Source: Minisyncoccota bacterium
GTDB lineage: Bacteria; Patescibacteriota; Minisyncoccia; Phycocordibacterales; 21-14-all-36-13
DNA length: 64,000 nt
Reading direction: 5' to 3'
Assembly (NCBI GenBank): GCA_041658885.1
Contig: JBAZZJ010000001.1
Span: forward strand, 14,779-78,778
The notes below the pieces were generated by a model. The model was not told the origin of the DNA and did no database searches. It saw only the letters and a list, made by a program, of their open reading frames with translations. Below are positions 52,932-62,092 of this stretch, piece by piece. The position numbers and the translations under genes are program-made. How positions within the stretch are numbered: position 1 is the stretch's first letter; the number at the start of each line of letters is the position of its first letter.

Positions 52932-53459
52932 ATGTTTCTAGATCCACAAAAAAATGTTAGACAATTAAATTTAGACCCTGGAATGATAGTTGCCGACATA
53001 GGTGCCGGGACTGGTTTCTATACCTTTGAAGCGTCAAAAGAAGTTGGAGAAACAGGCAAGGTGTATGCAATAGATATTCAAAAAGATATTCTTTCTAAAA
53101 TAAAAAATGAAGCAAACGAAAGAAACCTAAAAAATGTGGAAATAATTTGGGGAGATGCCGAAAAAGAAAATGGAACGGGGTTAAAAAATGAATCGGTTGA
53201 TGTAGTCATAGTGTCAAATATATTTTTTCAAGTGGAGGATAAAAAGGCCTTTCTAAAAGAAATACTTAGAATATTAAAGACTAAAGGTAAACTTTTATTT
53301 ATAGACTGGAAGGAGACTTCAAAAAATATAACTTTTGTTGAAAATGCAATATCTTCTCCAGAAGAAATAAAAAACTTTTTAGGTGGTTTTGGTTTTTCAT
53401 TTGAAAAGGAGATACCAACTGGAGAATATCATTACGGATTTGTTTTTAAGAAAACATAA
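52932..53459 (+). CDS. Class I SAM-dependent methyltransferase
   Basis: VADIGAGTGFYT motif I. Confidence 0.7.
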   Translation: MFLDPQKNVRQLNLDPGMIVADIGAGTGFYTFEASKEVGETGKVYAIDIQKDILSKIKNEANERNLKNVEIIWGDAEKENGTGLKNESVDVVIVSNIFFQVEDKKAFLKEILRILKTKGKLLFIDWKETSKNITFVENAISSPEEIKNFLGGFGFSFEKEIPTGEYHYGFVFKKT

Positions 53460-53460
53460 T

Positions 53461-54747
53461 ATGAACAAAAATTTTCAAACAATAGCACTCTTCATATTTG
53501 GGTTTTTCCTAGTTGTAGGAGTCGTAGTTTTTGCTCTTCAAAAGGCCAACGATTCTAATTTAATAGCGGACATAACAGTTTGGGGCACAATTGATAGCAC
53601 AATATTTGAACAAAAAATGAATGAAATTGGAAATAATACAGAAAGCCCGTTCAGAATAAAATATAAACAGTTTAGAGAAGATAATTTTGATAGCGCATTA
53701 TTAGAAGCCCTTGCTTCAGGCGCTGGTCCTGATGTAATTGTTCTTTCTCAAGATAGAATATTGAAATATCAAAATAAAGTGTTGGAAGTCCCATTCTCAA
53801 GTTTTTCAGAAAGAAGATTTAGAGATGATTATATAGAGGGTGCTGAAATTTTTCTCACACAAAATGGAATTTTGGCATTTCCAATAATGATAGACCCGCT
53901 TGTTATGTATTGGAACAGGGACATACTTTCAAACGCCGGAATTACAAAACCGCCCGTTTATTGGGATGAAATTTATTCAATTGTTAAAAAGGTAACTGAC
54001 AAAGATAATCAAAAAAATCTAAAAAAGGAAACGATAGCCTTTGGAGAATTTATAAACGTAAATAATGCTAAAGAAATAATATCTGCCTTAATAATGCAGA
54101 CTGGTAATCAAATAACTAAGAGAAATGATACCGGGGTTGAAGTAGTATTAGGAAATTCTACAAGTTCTCTTATACCAGAAACAGAATCTGCAATAAGATT
54201 TTATACCGAATTTTCAAACCCATCTAAAGATATGTATACATGGAATAGGTCATTAAATAATTCTTTGCAGGAATTTTTATCAGGCAATTTAGCTTTTTAT
54301 ATTGGATTTACAAGTGAGGTAAAAGGATTGAGAGAAAAAAATCCAAATTTAAATTTTGATGTTGCAAAATTACCACAAATAAGAGGCAGTAAAACGAACA
54401 AAACATTTGCAAATATGAATGCAATAGCAATTATGAAAAGTTCTCCTAACGCCAATAACATACTTCAGGTAATAGGTTATATTATAAGCAACGATACAAT
54501 TTCTATTTTAAGTAATTCATTTAATATTCCGCCAATAAAAAGGGAACTTTTGATGGAAAAACAACAAGATGCATACAAGAGTATTTTTTATGATTCTGCT
54601 ATAATTGGCAGAGCGTGGCTTGACCCGAATCCCAATGAAACGACCACAATATTTAAAGATATGATTGAAAATGTGACATCTGGAAAGTTAAGAATAAATC
54701 AATCGGTTAGTCGTGCCGACACGGAAATCCAAAATCTTCTTAAGTAG
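53461..54747 (+). CDS. Extracellular solute-binding protein (ABC family-1-like), membrane anchored
   Basis: N-terminal TM anchor; overall SBP-like pattern; start at ATG 53461. Confidence 0.55.
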   Translation: MNKNFQTIALFIFGFFLVVGVVVFALQKANDSNLIADITVWGTIDSTIFEQKMNEIGNNTESPFRIKYKQFREDNFDSALLEALASGAGPDVIVLSQDRILKYQNKVLEVPFSSFSERRFRDDYIEGAEIFLTQNGILAFPIMIDPLVMYWNRDILSNAGITKPPVYWDEIYSIVKKVTDKDNQKNLKKETIAFGEFINVNNAKEIISALIMQTGNQITKRNDTGVEVVLGNSTSSLIPETESAIRFYTEFSNPSKDMYTWNRSLNNSLQEFLSGNLAFYIGFTSEVKGLREKNPNLNFDVAKLPQIRGSKTNKTFANMNAIAIMKSSPNANNILQVIGYIISNDTISILSNSFNIPPIKRELLMEKQQDAYKSIFYDSAIIGRAWLDPNPNETTTIFKDMIENVTSGKLRINQSVSRADTEIQNLLK

Positions 54748-54765
54748 GTTTTAATCCATAATTAG

Positions 54766-55185
54766 ATGATTAAAAATAATAAAAGTGAATATTTATTTAA
54801 AATTATAACAATATCTATTTTTGTATTGTTTTTGTTTAACGTGTCTGTTGTATATGGTGCGGGGCTTGTTCCATGTGGCGGAGGTGGTGCTGAGCCCGCT
54901 TGTGATTTTAATCAGTTTATAGTTATGGCACAGACTATAATAAACTTTATACTCGGTTTATCTGTTACAGTTGCTGTAATTATGTTTACGTACGCAGGAA
55001 TTTTGTATTTAACAGCATCTGGGGCACAAGATCAAATAAAAAAAGCTCATAAAATTTTTACGAATGTTTTAATAGGTTTTATTGTTATAATATCTGCGTG
55101 GCTTGTCATAAACACAATTGCAAACGCGCTTTTGGATAAAACAAATTTTGATACTTATTTAAATCAAACAGGTCAAACAAATTAA
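54766..55185 (+). CDS. T4SS pilin-like (TrbC/VirB2-type) small membrane protein, paralog 1
   Basis: Signal peptide, LVPCGG...C motif, two TM helices. Confidence 0.6.
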   Translation: MIKNNKSEYLFKIITISIFVLFLFNVSVVYGAGLVPCGGGGAEPACDFNQFIVMAQTIINFILGLSVTVAVIMFTYAGILYLTASGAQDQIKKAHKIFTNVLIGFIVIISAWLVINTIANALLDKTNFDTYLNQTGQTN

Positions 55186-55204
55186 GAGTTAAAAATAAAA
55201 ACAT

Positions 55205-55552
55205 ATGAATATCAAAAGATTTAATAATATATTTTGGGGAGTATTGGTTTCTGTTCTTATTCCGCTTAGTATAAATGCTGAAGTAGTCACTCTTAAAAAC
55301 CCGCTCGGTAATACAAATACACTTCCAGATTTGATACAAAAAATTTTAAAAGACATAGTAAACCCAATAGGAGCAGTTGTTATAGTATTTTTTATAATTT
55401 ATACGGGTTTTTTGTTCGTTAAGGCACAAGGAAAACCAGAAGAAATAACCAAGGTAAAAGAAATACTACTCTATGTAATTATTGGGGCAGCTATTATTTT
55501 GGGAGCGAACTTAATAGCTCTAGCTATCAAAGGAACCATTAATGCTCTTTAG
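55205..55552 (+). CDS. T4SS pilin-like small membrane protein, paralog 2
   Basis: Signal peptide plus two TM helices, same layout as its neighbours. Confidence 0.55.
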   Translation: MNIKRFNNIFWGVLVSVLIPLSINAEVVTLKNPLGNTNTLPDLIQKILKDIVNPIGAVVIVFFIIYTGFLFVKAQGKPEEITKVKEILLYVIIGAAIILGANLIALAIKGTINAL

Positions 55553-55560
55553 TCTTATAT

Positions 55561-55688
55561 ATGAACCCCGTTAGATATCAAATAGAATAATTGAGGATAA
55601 ATAACAACAAAACTAATTTAAAAATAAAATGTCAAAAATTATTAAAAAAATCAACGAGAGCCCAAGACCCCCTATCTCTAACGGGGTG
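55561..55688 (+). repeat. Start-codon hairpin element (family A variant), arms CCCCGTTAGATA / TATCTCTAACGGGG
   Basis: Inverted repeat 55566-55577 / 55673-55686 (2-nt bulge), flanked by ATGAA (55561) and GTGAA (55686). Confidence 0.75.
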
Positions 55689-56009
55689 AAAATTTTTAGA
55701 AAAATACAATTATTAATTTTATTCCTCATTATCCCACTGGTCAGTAGTGCGGCCACAATAGGAGGCGGAACATTTAAAGAAATAATTTATAGTTTGGTTG
55801 TATTTATAAACAAATTTATTATTCCAACATTAGTCGGTCTTGCTCTGCTAGTATTTTTCTGGGGCGTAGCCAATTTTATTCGTTCGGCAGGGAATCCCGA
55901 AGCCATAGAAGAAGGTAAGAAAAAAATGTTGTATGGAATATTAGGGTTATTTGTAATTGTAGGTGTTTGGGGTTTAATTGGTATTTTGAGAAATACTTTT
56001 GACATCTAA
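55686..56009 (+). CDS. T4SS pilin-like small membrane protein, paralog 3 (GTG start proposed)
   Basis: From GTG 55686 the N-terminus (V/M)KIFRKIQLLILFLIIPLVSSAAT matches the paralog signal peptides; the upstream 19 codons translate the repeat. Confidence 0.55.
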   Translation: MKIFRKIQLLILFLIIPLVSSAATIGGGTFKEIIYSLVVFINKFIIPTLVGLALLVFFWGVANFIRSAGNPEAIEEGKKKMLYGILGLFVIVGVWGLIGILRNTFDI

Positions 56010-56145
56010 CTTTGGTGCACTTTACAATCCACAAAAAACTTGATTAGATTCATATAATTTATTATTATTAGTTAAGAGGTCGTTTTAACAAAAATTATTA
56101 AAGGTCGTGAAATTAATGCGTTATTTAACGCAAAAACACTTTATT

Positions 56146-56502
56146 ATGAAAAAAATATCAACAATTTTAGCAGGTCTATCATTTATGTTTCCAATGGTTT
56201 CTCTTGCCGCTACTGGAGGAACTGACTTAACGAGTCTTATTTTAAAGGTTTCTGATTGGATTCAATTATTGACACCTATCGTAATTGCATTGGCACTTTT
56301 GTATTTCTTCTACGGCTTGGCAAGATATATTTTGAATGCTGGCAACGAAGAAAAGAAAGCGGAAGGTAAAAACATAATGATATATGGCATTATCGCCTTG
56401 TTTGTTATGGTTTCAGTTTGGGGTCTTGTAAGTATATTGGTTACTACGCTTGGTATAACAACAGGAGGAACAGAAAATTTGCCATTCGTAACAACGCCAT
56501 AG
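56146..56502 (+). CDS. T4SS pilin-like small membrane protein, paralog 4
   Basis: MKKISTILAGLSFMFPMVSLAAT signal peptide; LYFFYGLARYILNAGNEEK...GIIALFVMVSVWGL shared motif. Confidence 0.6.
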   Translation: MKKISTILAGLSFMFPMVSLAATGGTDLTSLILKVSDWIQLLTPIVIALALLYFFYGLARYILNAGNEEKKAEGKNIMIYGIIALFVMVSVWGLVSILVTTLGITTGGTENLPFVTTP

Positions 56503-56511
56503 TAATTTATT

Positions 56512-56748
56512 ATGAATGTTCTATTGGGTAAAATAAATGACCAGATAGTAAATCCAGCAATACTTCTTTTATTTGTGTTGGCTCTTTTATATTTTATTTG
56601 GGGAGTAACCCAATATGTTATAAAAGCAGATAGTGACGAAATAAGAACGCAAGGGAAACAACACATGGTATGGGGAATAGTTGGGATGTTTATTATGGTC
56701 GCTGTTTATGGAATTATAGCCATAATCGAAAACACAATAGGAGCATAA
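56512..56748 (+). CDS. T4SS pilin-like small membrane protein, paralog 5 (no obvious signal peptide)
   Basis: LYFIWGVTQYVIKADSDE...GIVGMFIMVAVYGI shares the paralog core. Confidence 0.5.
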   Translation: MNVLLGKINDQIVNPAILLLFVLALLYFIWGVTQYVIKADSDEIRTQGKQHMVWGIVGMFIMVAVYGIIAIIENTIGA

Positions 56749-56862
56749 TAAAATCAGCGGTTTCACCGCTGGAAGACAATAATTGAGAATTTAAATTCAG
56801 AATTTAAAAAATAATCTCTCTCTGTTGTTAAAAGACAAGGAGGGGTTATTTTTGTGTGTGAG

Positions 56863-56897
56863 CTAAGACATATAGCGTTTGCCAATGTTAATAAAAA
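56863..56897 (-). repeat. Copy 1 of the 35-nt repeat CTAAGACATATAGCGTTTGCCAATNTTAATAAAAA
   Basis: Near-identical to 56952-56986 and 63073-63107. Confidence 0.85.
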
Positions 56898-56951
56898 AAT
56901 ATTATATCAAAAAATCTTACATTTATAATATACATATAATATATATTATAC

Positions 56952-56986
56952 CTAAGACATATAGCGTTTGCCAATGCTAATAAAAA
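56952..56986 (-). promoter_or_regulatory. Copy 2 of the 35-nt repeat; on the minus strand reads TTGGCA-N17-(G)TATAAT
   Basis: Minus strand: TTGGCAAACGCTATATGTCTTAGGTATAAT. Confidence 0.5.
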
Positions 56987-57403
56987 CGAAAAATAAAAAT
57001 TTGTCAGCAAAATCGCTCCATATTCTTAATTCCGAACAAGTTACTACTGGTGCTCTAATCATACACTTTGCACGAACCTTTTTGAGCGGAAATTGAACGA
57101 AAACGAATGAATCAGTCCCGCCACCGCCTCGCAGAGCCTCGGCGGACACCAAAGAAAAATGTTCCTTGCTTTTCGGATTTGCGCGCGCAGGATTTTTTCT
57201 TCTAAAAGGAAAAGAATATTTTTCTGCGGGTCTCTGCCCTAAATACTTCGGGCAGTGCGTGGGGCTTCAATGCGGACTCGGCTGATTTCCCGCCCGCTCT
57301 AATTCTCACATACTGGGTCTGGGGGGGGGAATGCGGGCGGGGTTCGCTTTGTTTTTTTCGGCGGGGTTTGCATTAAGTTATTAGAATATGCTAATATCTA
57401 CAT

Positions 57404-57700
57404 ATGACAGATTTATGCAGAGAAATGGAAAGGTTTGGTAAGGGTATCGGGAGCGTGCCGCGCTATCGCATTGTGGAAGCGCTTTTCTCAGGATCTAAAA
57501 CAGTAAGTGAGCTTGCCGGGAAAACAAAACTGTCTCAACCCCTCGTATCTCAACACCTGCGCGTTCTTAAAGAAACTGGCTTGGTGCAAGATGAACGACA
57601 AGGGCAGGAAGTAAGGTATACGCTCAATACCGAACACACCATCCGCCTGCTCAAGCGTCTTGCCGAGGAGCTTAGACCAAAGAAAAAAGCCAAAAAGTAG
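57404..57700 (+). CDS. ArsR/SmtB-family transcriptional regulator
   Basis: RYRIVEALFSGSKTVSELAGKTKLSQPLVSQHLRVLKETGLV. Confidence 0.8.
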   Translation: MTDLCREMERFGKGIGSVPRYRIVEALFSGSKTVSELAGKTKLSQPLVSQHLRVLKETGLVQDERQGQEVRYTLNTEHTIRLLKRLAEELRPKKKAKK

Positions 57701-57735
57701 CCTGTGAGATTTATTAAATTAATTTATTACAACTT

Positions 57736-58326
57736 ATGAAAAACACTACATCACTCAACATCAAAGTAATAGCAGGTAGCACTCGCGAGGGCCGTTTTAG
57801 CAACAAGGCCGCCGCGTGGATCGCTGAAGAAATCAAGAAACAGGAAGGAGTCGCGGTTGAGGTGCTGGATTTGCGCGACTACGATATGCCGTTTTTCAAC
57901 GAGCCGATGAGCCCGTCATTCAAACAAGAACCTTACAAAAACGAAGCAGTCGCGCGTTTCACCAAAAAAATAGAGGAAGGAGAAGCCTTTGTGATTGTTA
58001 CGCCAGAATATAATCACGGCACTTCCGGCGTACTCAAAAACGCGCTTGATTGGGTATATCCGGAATGGAATAACAAGCCAGTTGCTTTCGTAAGTTATGG
58101 CGGTGTCGGTGGGGCGCGCGCCATAGAGCAACTGCGCCTTAACGCCATTGAGCTTCAGATGGCTCCGATCAGAAACTCTGTACACATTCCCGGCGAGCAG
58201 TATTTCCAAGTACTATTCGGCAAAATAGACGCTAAAGAACTTTTTGCCTCTGTCTCAAAGCAGGCCGAGGACATGATTACACAGCTTTTGTGGTGGACTC
58301 GCTCTTTGAAAAACGCCCGCGGCTAG
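57736..58326 (+). CDS. NAD(P)H-dependent FMN reductase family protein
   Basis: IKVIAGSTREGRFS...VTPEYNHGTSGVLKNALDW flavodoxin-like signature. Confidence 0.8.
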   Translation: MKNTTSLNIKVIAGSTREGRFSNKAAAWIAEEIKKQEGVAVEVLDLRDYDMPFFNEPMSPSFKQEPYKNEAVARFTKKIEEGEAFVIVTPEYNHGTSGVLKNALDWVYPEWNNKPVAFVSYGGVGGARAIEQLRLNAIELQMAPIRNSVHIPGEQYFQVLFGKIDAKELFASVSKQAEDMITQLLWWTRSLKNARG

Positions 58327-58370
58327 ATACAAAAATAAAATTCTCCACACGGTCTCCATTGCGGAGGATT

Positions 58371-58514
58371 TTATTTTTCCGCGTGAGCAATAATTTCTAA
58401 ATTACAGCTGTGATATTTAAGGCACCACGCCTCGCATTTTTCTGTCCATTCCTCGTTCTTATATTTTAAATGACACTCCGGGCATTCATAAAGTTTTTGT
58501 TCGTTTTCTTCCAT
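58371..58514 (-). CDS. Small Cys-rich (zinc-ribbon-like) protein, 47 aa
   Basis: Hand-translated MEENEQKLYECPECHLKYKNEEWTEKCEAWCLKYHSCNLEIIAHAEK; below the ORF-track cutoff. Confidence 0.4.
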   Translation of the reverse strand: MEENEQKLYECPECHLKYKNEEWTEKCEAWCLKYHSCNLEIIAHAEK

Positions 58515-58699
58515 GTGTATATTTTATAAAGGATTGTGCTAGGCACAAACAAATCTGTATGTGCTTGACCCACCCTTCCATTCGCACACAAACCCACGCC
58601 GTTTTTAGGAGATATTATAAAACGGCGTGGGTTGCTCCCAAATTAAGAAACGATTTCAAATTTTTAGCGACAAATTATTCTTAGCTTTCAAGGGAGTGT

Positions 58700-59770
58700 C
58701 TAGTCGCTCTCTTCTTCGTCACCAGCGTCAAGAAGTTGTTCCTCTGCTTTTTGAGTTGCTTCTTCGGCTTTTTCTCGTTCTTTCTCTAAACGCTCGGCAT
58801 CTTTTTCAGCTTCCTCTTTCACTTTTTCGTCTTGCTCCTCTTTTGCCTCTTGCTCTTTTTCTTCCTGCTCTTCCTTAAGTTCCTCCGCCTCCTCTTTCGC
58901 TTCTTCTAAATCTTCAATAGCGTCATCTACGACATCGAGATTTTTCTCGGCTTGTTTGGCCAACCGCTTTGCTTCTGGATAGTTACTGGCGACAAGGGCA
59001 GACTTTGCTTGGGCAAGCAAGCTGTCAAATTTACCGAATGCTTCGGCTGGCACTGCAATATCTTCTTCGGCGACTTCGTCTAATACTTCTTGTTTCTCTT
59101 TTTCAGCTTCCCGAATTGCTTTCTCTGCTTCTTCTTTTACTTCCATTTCTTCTTCAATACGTTCTTCTTCTTGTTCTAACGCTTCTTCCGCTTCCTCTTC
59201 TTTTAATTCAAGGAGTTCTTTTTGAGCTTTTATCTGTCCCAGCTGTTGAACCAATTTTTCAACTTGGGCGGTATCACCCGCTCGTCTTGCCTCAATGATT
59301 TTGCCCTTCAATTCTTTTTCTTGAACTTCAAGGGTGCGCTTTTCTGCTTTGAATGCTTGCTCAAGAGCTGTTTTCGGAGCATCAAACTCATCATCCAGTT
59401 CTTTTGCAAACTGGCTTACGTCCTTGCCTTTTGCTTTTTGGTCTACAACTATTGTTGCGGCATTGGCAAGATGCGCCTGAAGGCGGCCTTGCGCTACTTC
59501 AAGACCCTTGGCTTCTACACCCTTTGTTTCCAAGATGACTTTTATCTCGGCGATCCGTTCTGCGGCGAAAGTAATCTGGAGATGAGCTTTGCCTTCTGGA
59601 TTAAAAGTGAAAAACTCGCGCAGGGCTTCGCTAAATTTATCGAGAAAATAGAAATTGCTTTCGGGAGTTAGGCCAGCCGAAGGAAGTACAGCTTGTTGAC
59701 TCTGTGCGAACGCCACACCGGAGAACATAAACACTCCGAGCATAGCAACCACGATAATTTTTTTATTCAT
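58700..59770 (-). CDS. Secreted E/K-rich coiled-coil protein (DUF5667-like N-terminal region)
   Basis: Signal peptide, LTPESNFYFLDKFSEALREFFTFNPEGKA region, long charged helix. Confidence 0.65.
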   Translation of the reverse strand: MNKKIIVVAMLGVFMFSGVAFAQSQQAVLPSAGLTPESNFYFLDKFSEALREFFTFNPEGKAHLQITFAAERIAEIKVILETKGVEAKGLEVAQGRLQAHLANAATIVVDQKAKGKDVSQFAKELDDEFDAPKTALEQAFKAEKRTLEVQEKELKGKIIEARRAGDTAQVEKLVQQLGQIKAQKELLELKEEEAEEALEQEEERIEEEMEVKEEAEKAIREAEKEKQEVLDEVAEEDIAVPAEAFGKFDSLLAQAKSALVASNYPEAKRLAKQAEKNLDVVDDAIEDLEEAKEEAEELKEEQEEKEQEAKEEQDEKVKEEAEKDAERLEKEREKAEEATQKAEEQLLDAGDEEESD

Positions 59771-59861
59771 ATGGTCATTATATCATAATTTATTTTATGT
59801 GTGTTCCCCAATTCCGTAATGAGTTAGGACACTCTTGTAAAATAAGTAGAATAAGAATTCT

Positions 59862-60290
59862 ATGAAAAACAAAGGAGATTTAACTCGCGTAGAGCGATTT
59901 GAGATTAGAATATTATTAGATAAGGGATATACAATAAGGTCGATAGCTAAATCAATGGATAGAGGCAAAAGTACTATATCGTATGAAATAAAACACAATA
60001 GTGTTAAAGAAGTATATGACCCAATAAAAGCACACAATAAAGCAAGATTAAGAAAGAGAATGAGGAGACTTCAATATTCTAAGATAGAATATTATCCGAG
60101 TCTAAAGAAGTTTATTATTGAAAAATTAAGAAAAGGATGGAGTCCTGATGAAATAGCTGGATACCTGAGACCGCGTAAGAGAGAATGTGGTTGGTTTGTA
60201 TCCAAAACTGCAATATATGATTGGTTAAGAACTTCAAGAGGAGAAAGATATTGCAAGTACTTATATAATAATTCAAGCGTCATTGGGTGA
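59862..60290 (+). pseudogene. IS30-family transposase N-terminal fragment (HTH regions only; DDE catalytic domain absent)
   Basis: LTRVERFEIRILLDKGYTIRSIAKSMDRGKSTISYEIKHN and WSPDEIAGYL match the IS30 N-terminus; ORF stops after 142 aa. Confidence 0.65.
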
Positions 60291-60330
60291 GGTGTAAAAA
60301 CACCTCGCTTTTGGCGAAATTCGGGCGGGC

Positions 60331-60900
60331 TCATTTCTTAACATAGACAAACAACGTTTCAAAATCCGGAGTCTTAGAAATTTTCGGATAGGTAATAATT
60401 TTCTCAACCGGTTGCCAATCTTGAAAATGTGATGTATTTGTTATAATCACTGCGTCTTGTTTTAGTTCTTTTTGCAATTTCTTTTCGAGAATTGGCATTA
60501 AATCGTACCACAAATAGGTGTATACCACATCGGCATTATGAAAATCAGTTTTGAAAATATCTCTTGTTTGAAAATGCACTTTGCGCCTCAAAATTTTACT
60601 TTTTAGTTTGGCAGAGAAAATCCGCACGGCGCTGTTATCTATGCCATAAATATCAAGGCGCGGCAAAATCTTTTTTAATCTTAATGACAAGGTGCCGCGA
60701 GCACAGCCCAAATCGTAAAAAGTTTTAGCATCTGACTTATATTTTTGTATTGTTGTTGCCAATGCTCTCGTTGCTCGTCTACTTGTAGGCAAGTCGTGTC
60801 CTCTAATCAAAGAGTCGATTGCAAAAATAAGAAATAGCGGCATTGCTATTACAAGAAAACCTAAAATGAGAAAAAGCAAAATGTAAGTTAAAAAAATCAT
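60331..60900 (-). CDS. Membrane-anchored class I SAM-dependent methyltransferase
   Basis: N-terminal TM; FYDLGCARGTLSL motif I. Confidence 0.6.
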   Translation of the reverse strand: MIFLTYILLFLILGFLVIAMPLFLIFAIDSLIRGHDLPTSRRATRALATTIQKYKSDAKTFYDLGCARGTLSLRLKKILPRLDIYGIDNSAVRIFSAKLKSKILRRKVHFQTRDIFKTDFHNADVVYTYLWYDLMPILEKKLQKELKQDAVIITNTSHFQDWQPVEKIITYPKISKTPDFETLFVYVKK

Positions 60901-62087
60901 AGATAGTATTTAAAAAATAAATCAACAAGAGCATTTGCGACATTTTGCGGCGCACCAGATGATGGGAAATGGTGCATTTCAATACAGGGAGCGCTGTTTA
61001 ATTCCAATACGGCACAGGTCTGATTTTTCCAAGAACGAGAAATGTCTGGCACAAGAAAATCTATGCCGACCAAACGAATATCAAAAAATTTTGCGGTGTT
61101 TTTAAATAATTGGATATTATCCGGATGAACCTTTTCGGTTACCTCAACAAGATCGCCGCCTAATTTAAGAAATGGATTTTTCTGTAAATATACAACCTCA
61201 TCTTTTTCTAGGACTGTTTGTAAATTGTAATTCTTTTCCGCAAGGAGTTTCGTTGTTGTATCGTCTATGACAAGTTTATACAAAGTAAATTCTTTTTGGT
61301 GTGGCTCGCCTCTGCGCTTGTCGTCGTTTTTCTTTTCCACTAATCCACTAATTGTTGAATTGCCGTCGCCAACCACGTTTGTTGGTACTTGTTTCACCAC
61401 GGCGACATAATCAAAATCAACAACCGTAGCTCTATAGACAAAAGAATTTTCAACAAACCTTTCAACAACAAACGCCGGTGAATAAACGACTGCTTTATCA
61501 ATTGCTCGTTGCAAATCCTTTTTGCTTCGTATATTTGTCGTAACATGTCTTGCCACCGAACCGCCGCGCGGTTTTACAACTAACGGAAAGCCAAGTTCGT
61601 CAATTCCATATTTTAATACTCGTCCCTTCCGCCAAAACCAAAAAGATTTTCCTTCTACAATAGGAAAATTGCCCCTTTTGAGATGATTTTTTGTTCTTTC
61701 CTTACAATTTACAAATGAAGCATCGTATTTACTAACATGGTTGGCGACAGGTAAACTTTCAAAACGAATTTTCTGGCCGCCTATTTCAGCGCAAAAATGA
61801 TTAGTGTATCCAACTGGTCCCTTTGCGGCTTGAAATTTCACTCCTCGCTTTCTTGCCTCCTCAATAAAACAAGCCGAGCGCATTTGAATTTCAGATGACA
61901 AAAAATCATCTCTCATTTTTATTAGTCCAGTGGCTACAAAAGTTTTTTCAAGCAAGACATCAAAAAAAGATTCAATCTTTTTCGACAACCGCAATCGTGG
62001 CATTAACGTACTTATTATTTCATCAAGCCAAGTTTGAATGTGATGAGTGGCTGGCAAACCGCAATCTTTGCAATATTTTTTAAACAT
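60897..62087 (-). CDS. ATP-grasp enzyme resembling the N-terminal ATP-grasp module of cyanophycin synthetase
   Basis: FPLVVKPRGGSVARHV, NDDKRRGEPHQKEFT, GIDFLVPDI...VLELNSAPCIEMHHFP; 4-nt overlap with the methyltransferase gene. Confidence 0.6.
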   Translation of the reverse strand: MFKKYCKDCGLPATHHIQTWLDEIISTLMPRLRLSKKIESFFDVLLEKTFVATGLIKMRDDFLSSEIQMRSACFIEEARKRGVKFQAAKGPVGYTNHFCAEIGGQKIRFESLPVANHVSKYDASFVNCKERTKNHLKRGNFPIVEGKSFWFWRKGRVLKYGIDELGFPLVVKPRGGSVARHVTTNIRSKKDLQRAIDKAVVYSPAFVVERFVENSFVYRATVVDFDYVAVVKQVPTNVVGDGNSTISGLVEKKNDDKRRGEPHQKEFTLYKLVIDDTTTKLLAEKNYNLQTVLEKDEVVYLQKNPFLKLGGDLVEVTEKVHPDNIQLFKNTAKFFDIRLVGIDFLVPDISRSWKNQTCAVLELNSAPCIEMHHFPSSGAPQNVANALVDLFFKYYL

Positions 62088-62092
62088 GGTTA

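Noticed and set aside
56952-57152. 66-aa minus-strand ORF in the GC-rich non-coding stretch
   Set aside because: It starts in GC-rich spacer and ends inside the 35-nt repeat, with no motif. It is probably fortuitous.
58627-59671. Plus-strand ORFs antisense to the coiled-coil gene (58627, 58969, 59222, 59353)
   Set aside because: They are shadow ORFs of a low-complexity E/K-rich gene. The minus-strand protein has a signal peptide and a recognisable N-terminal domain.
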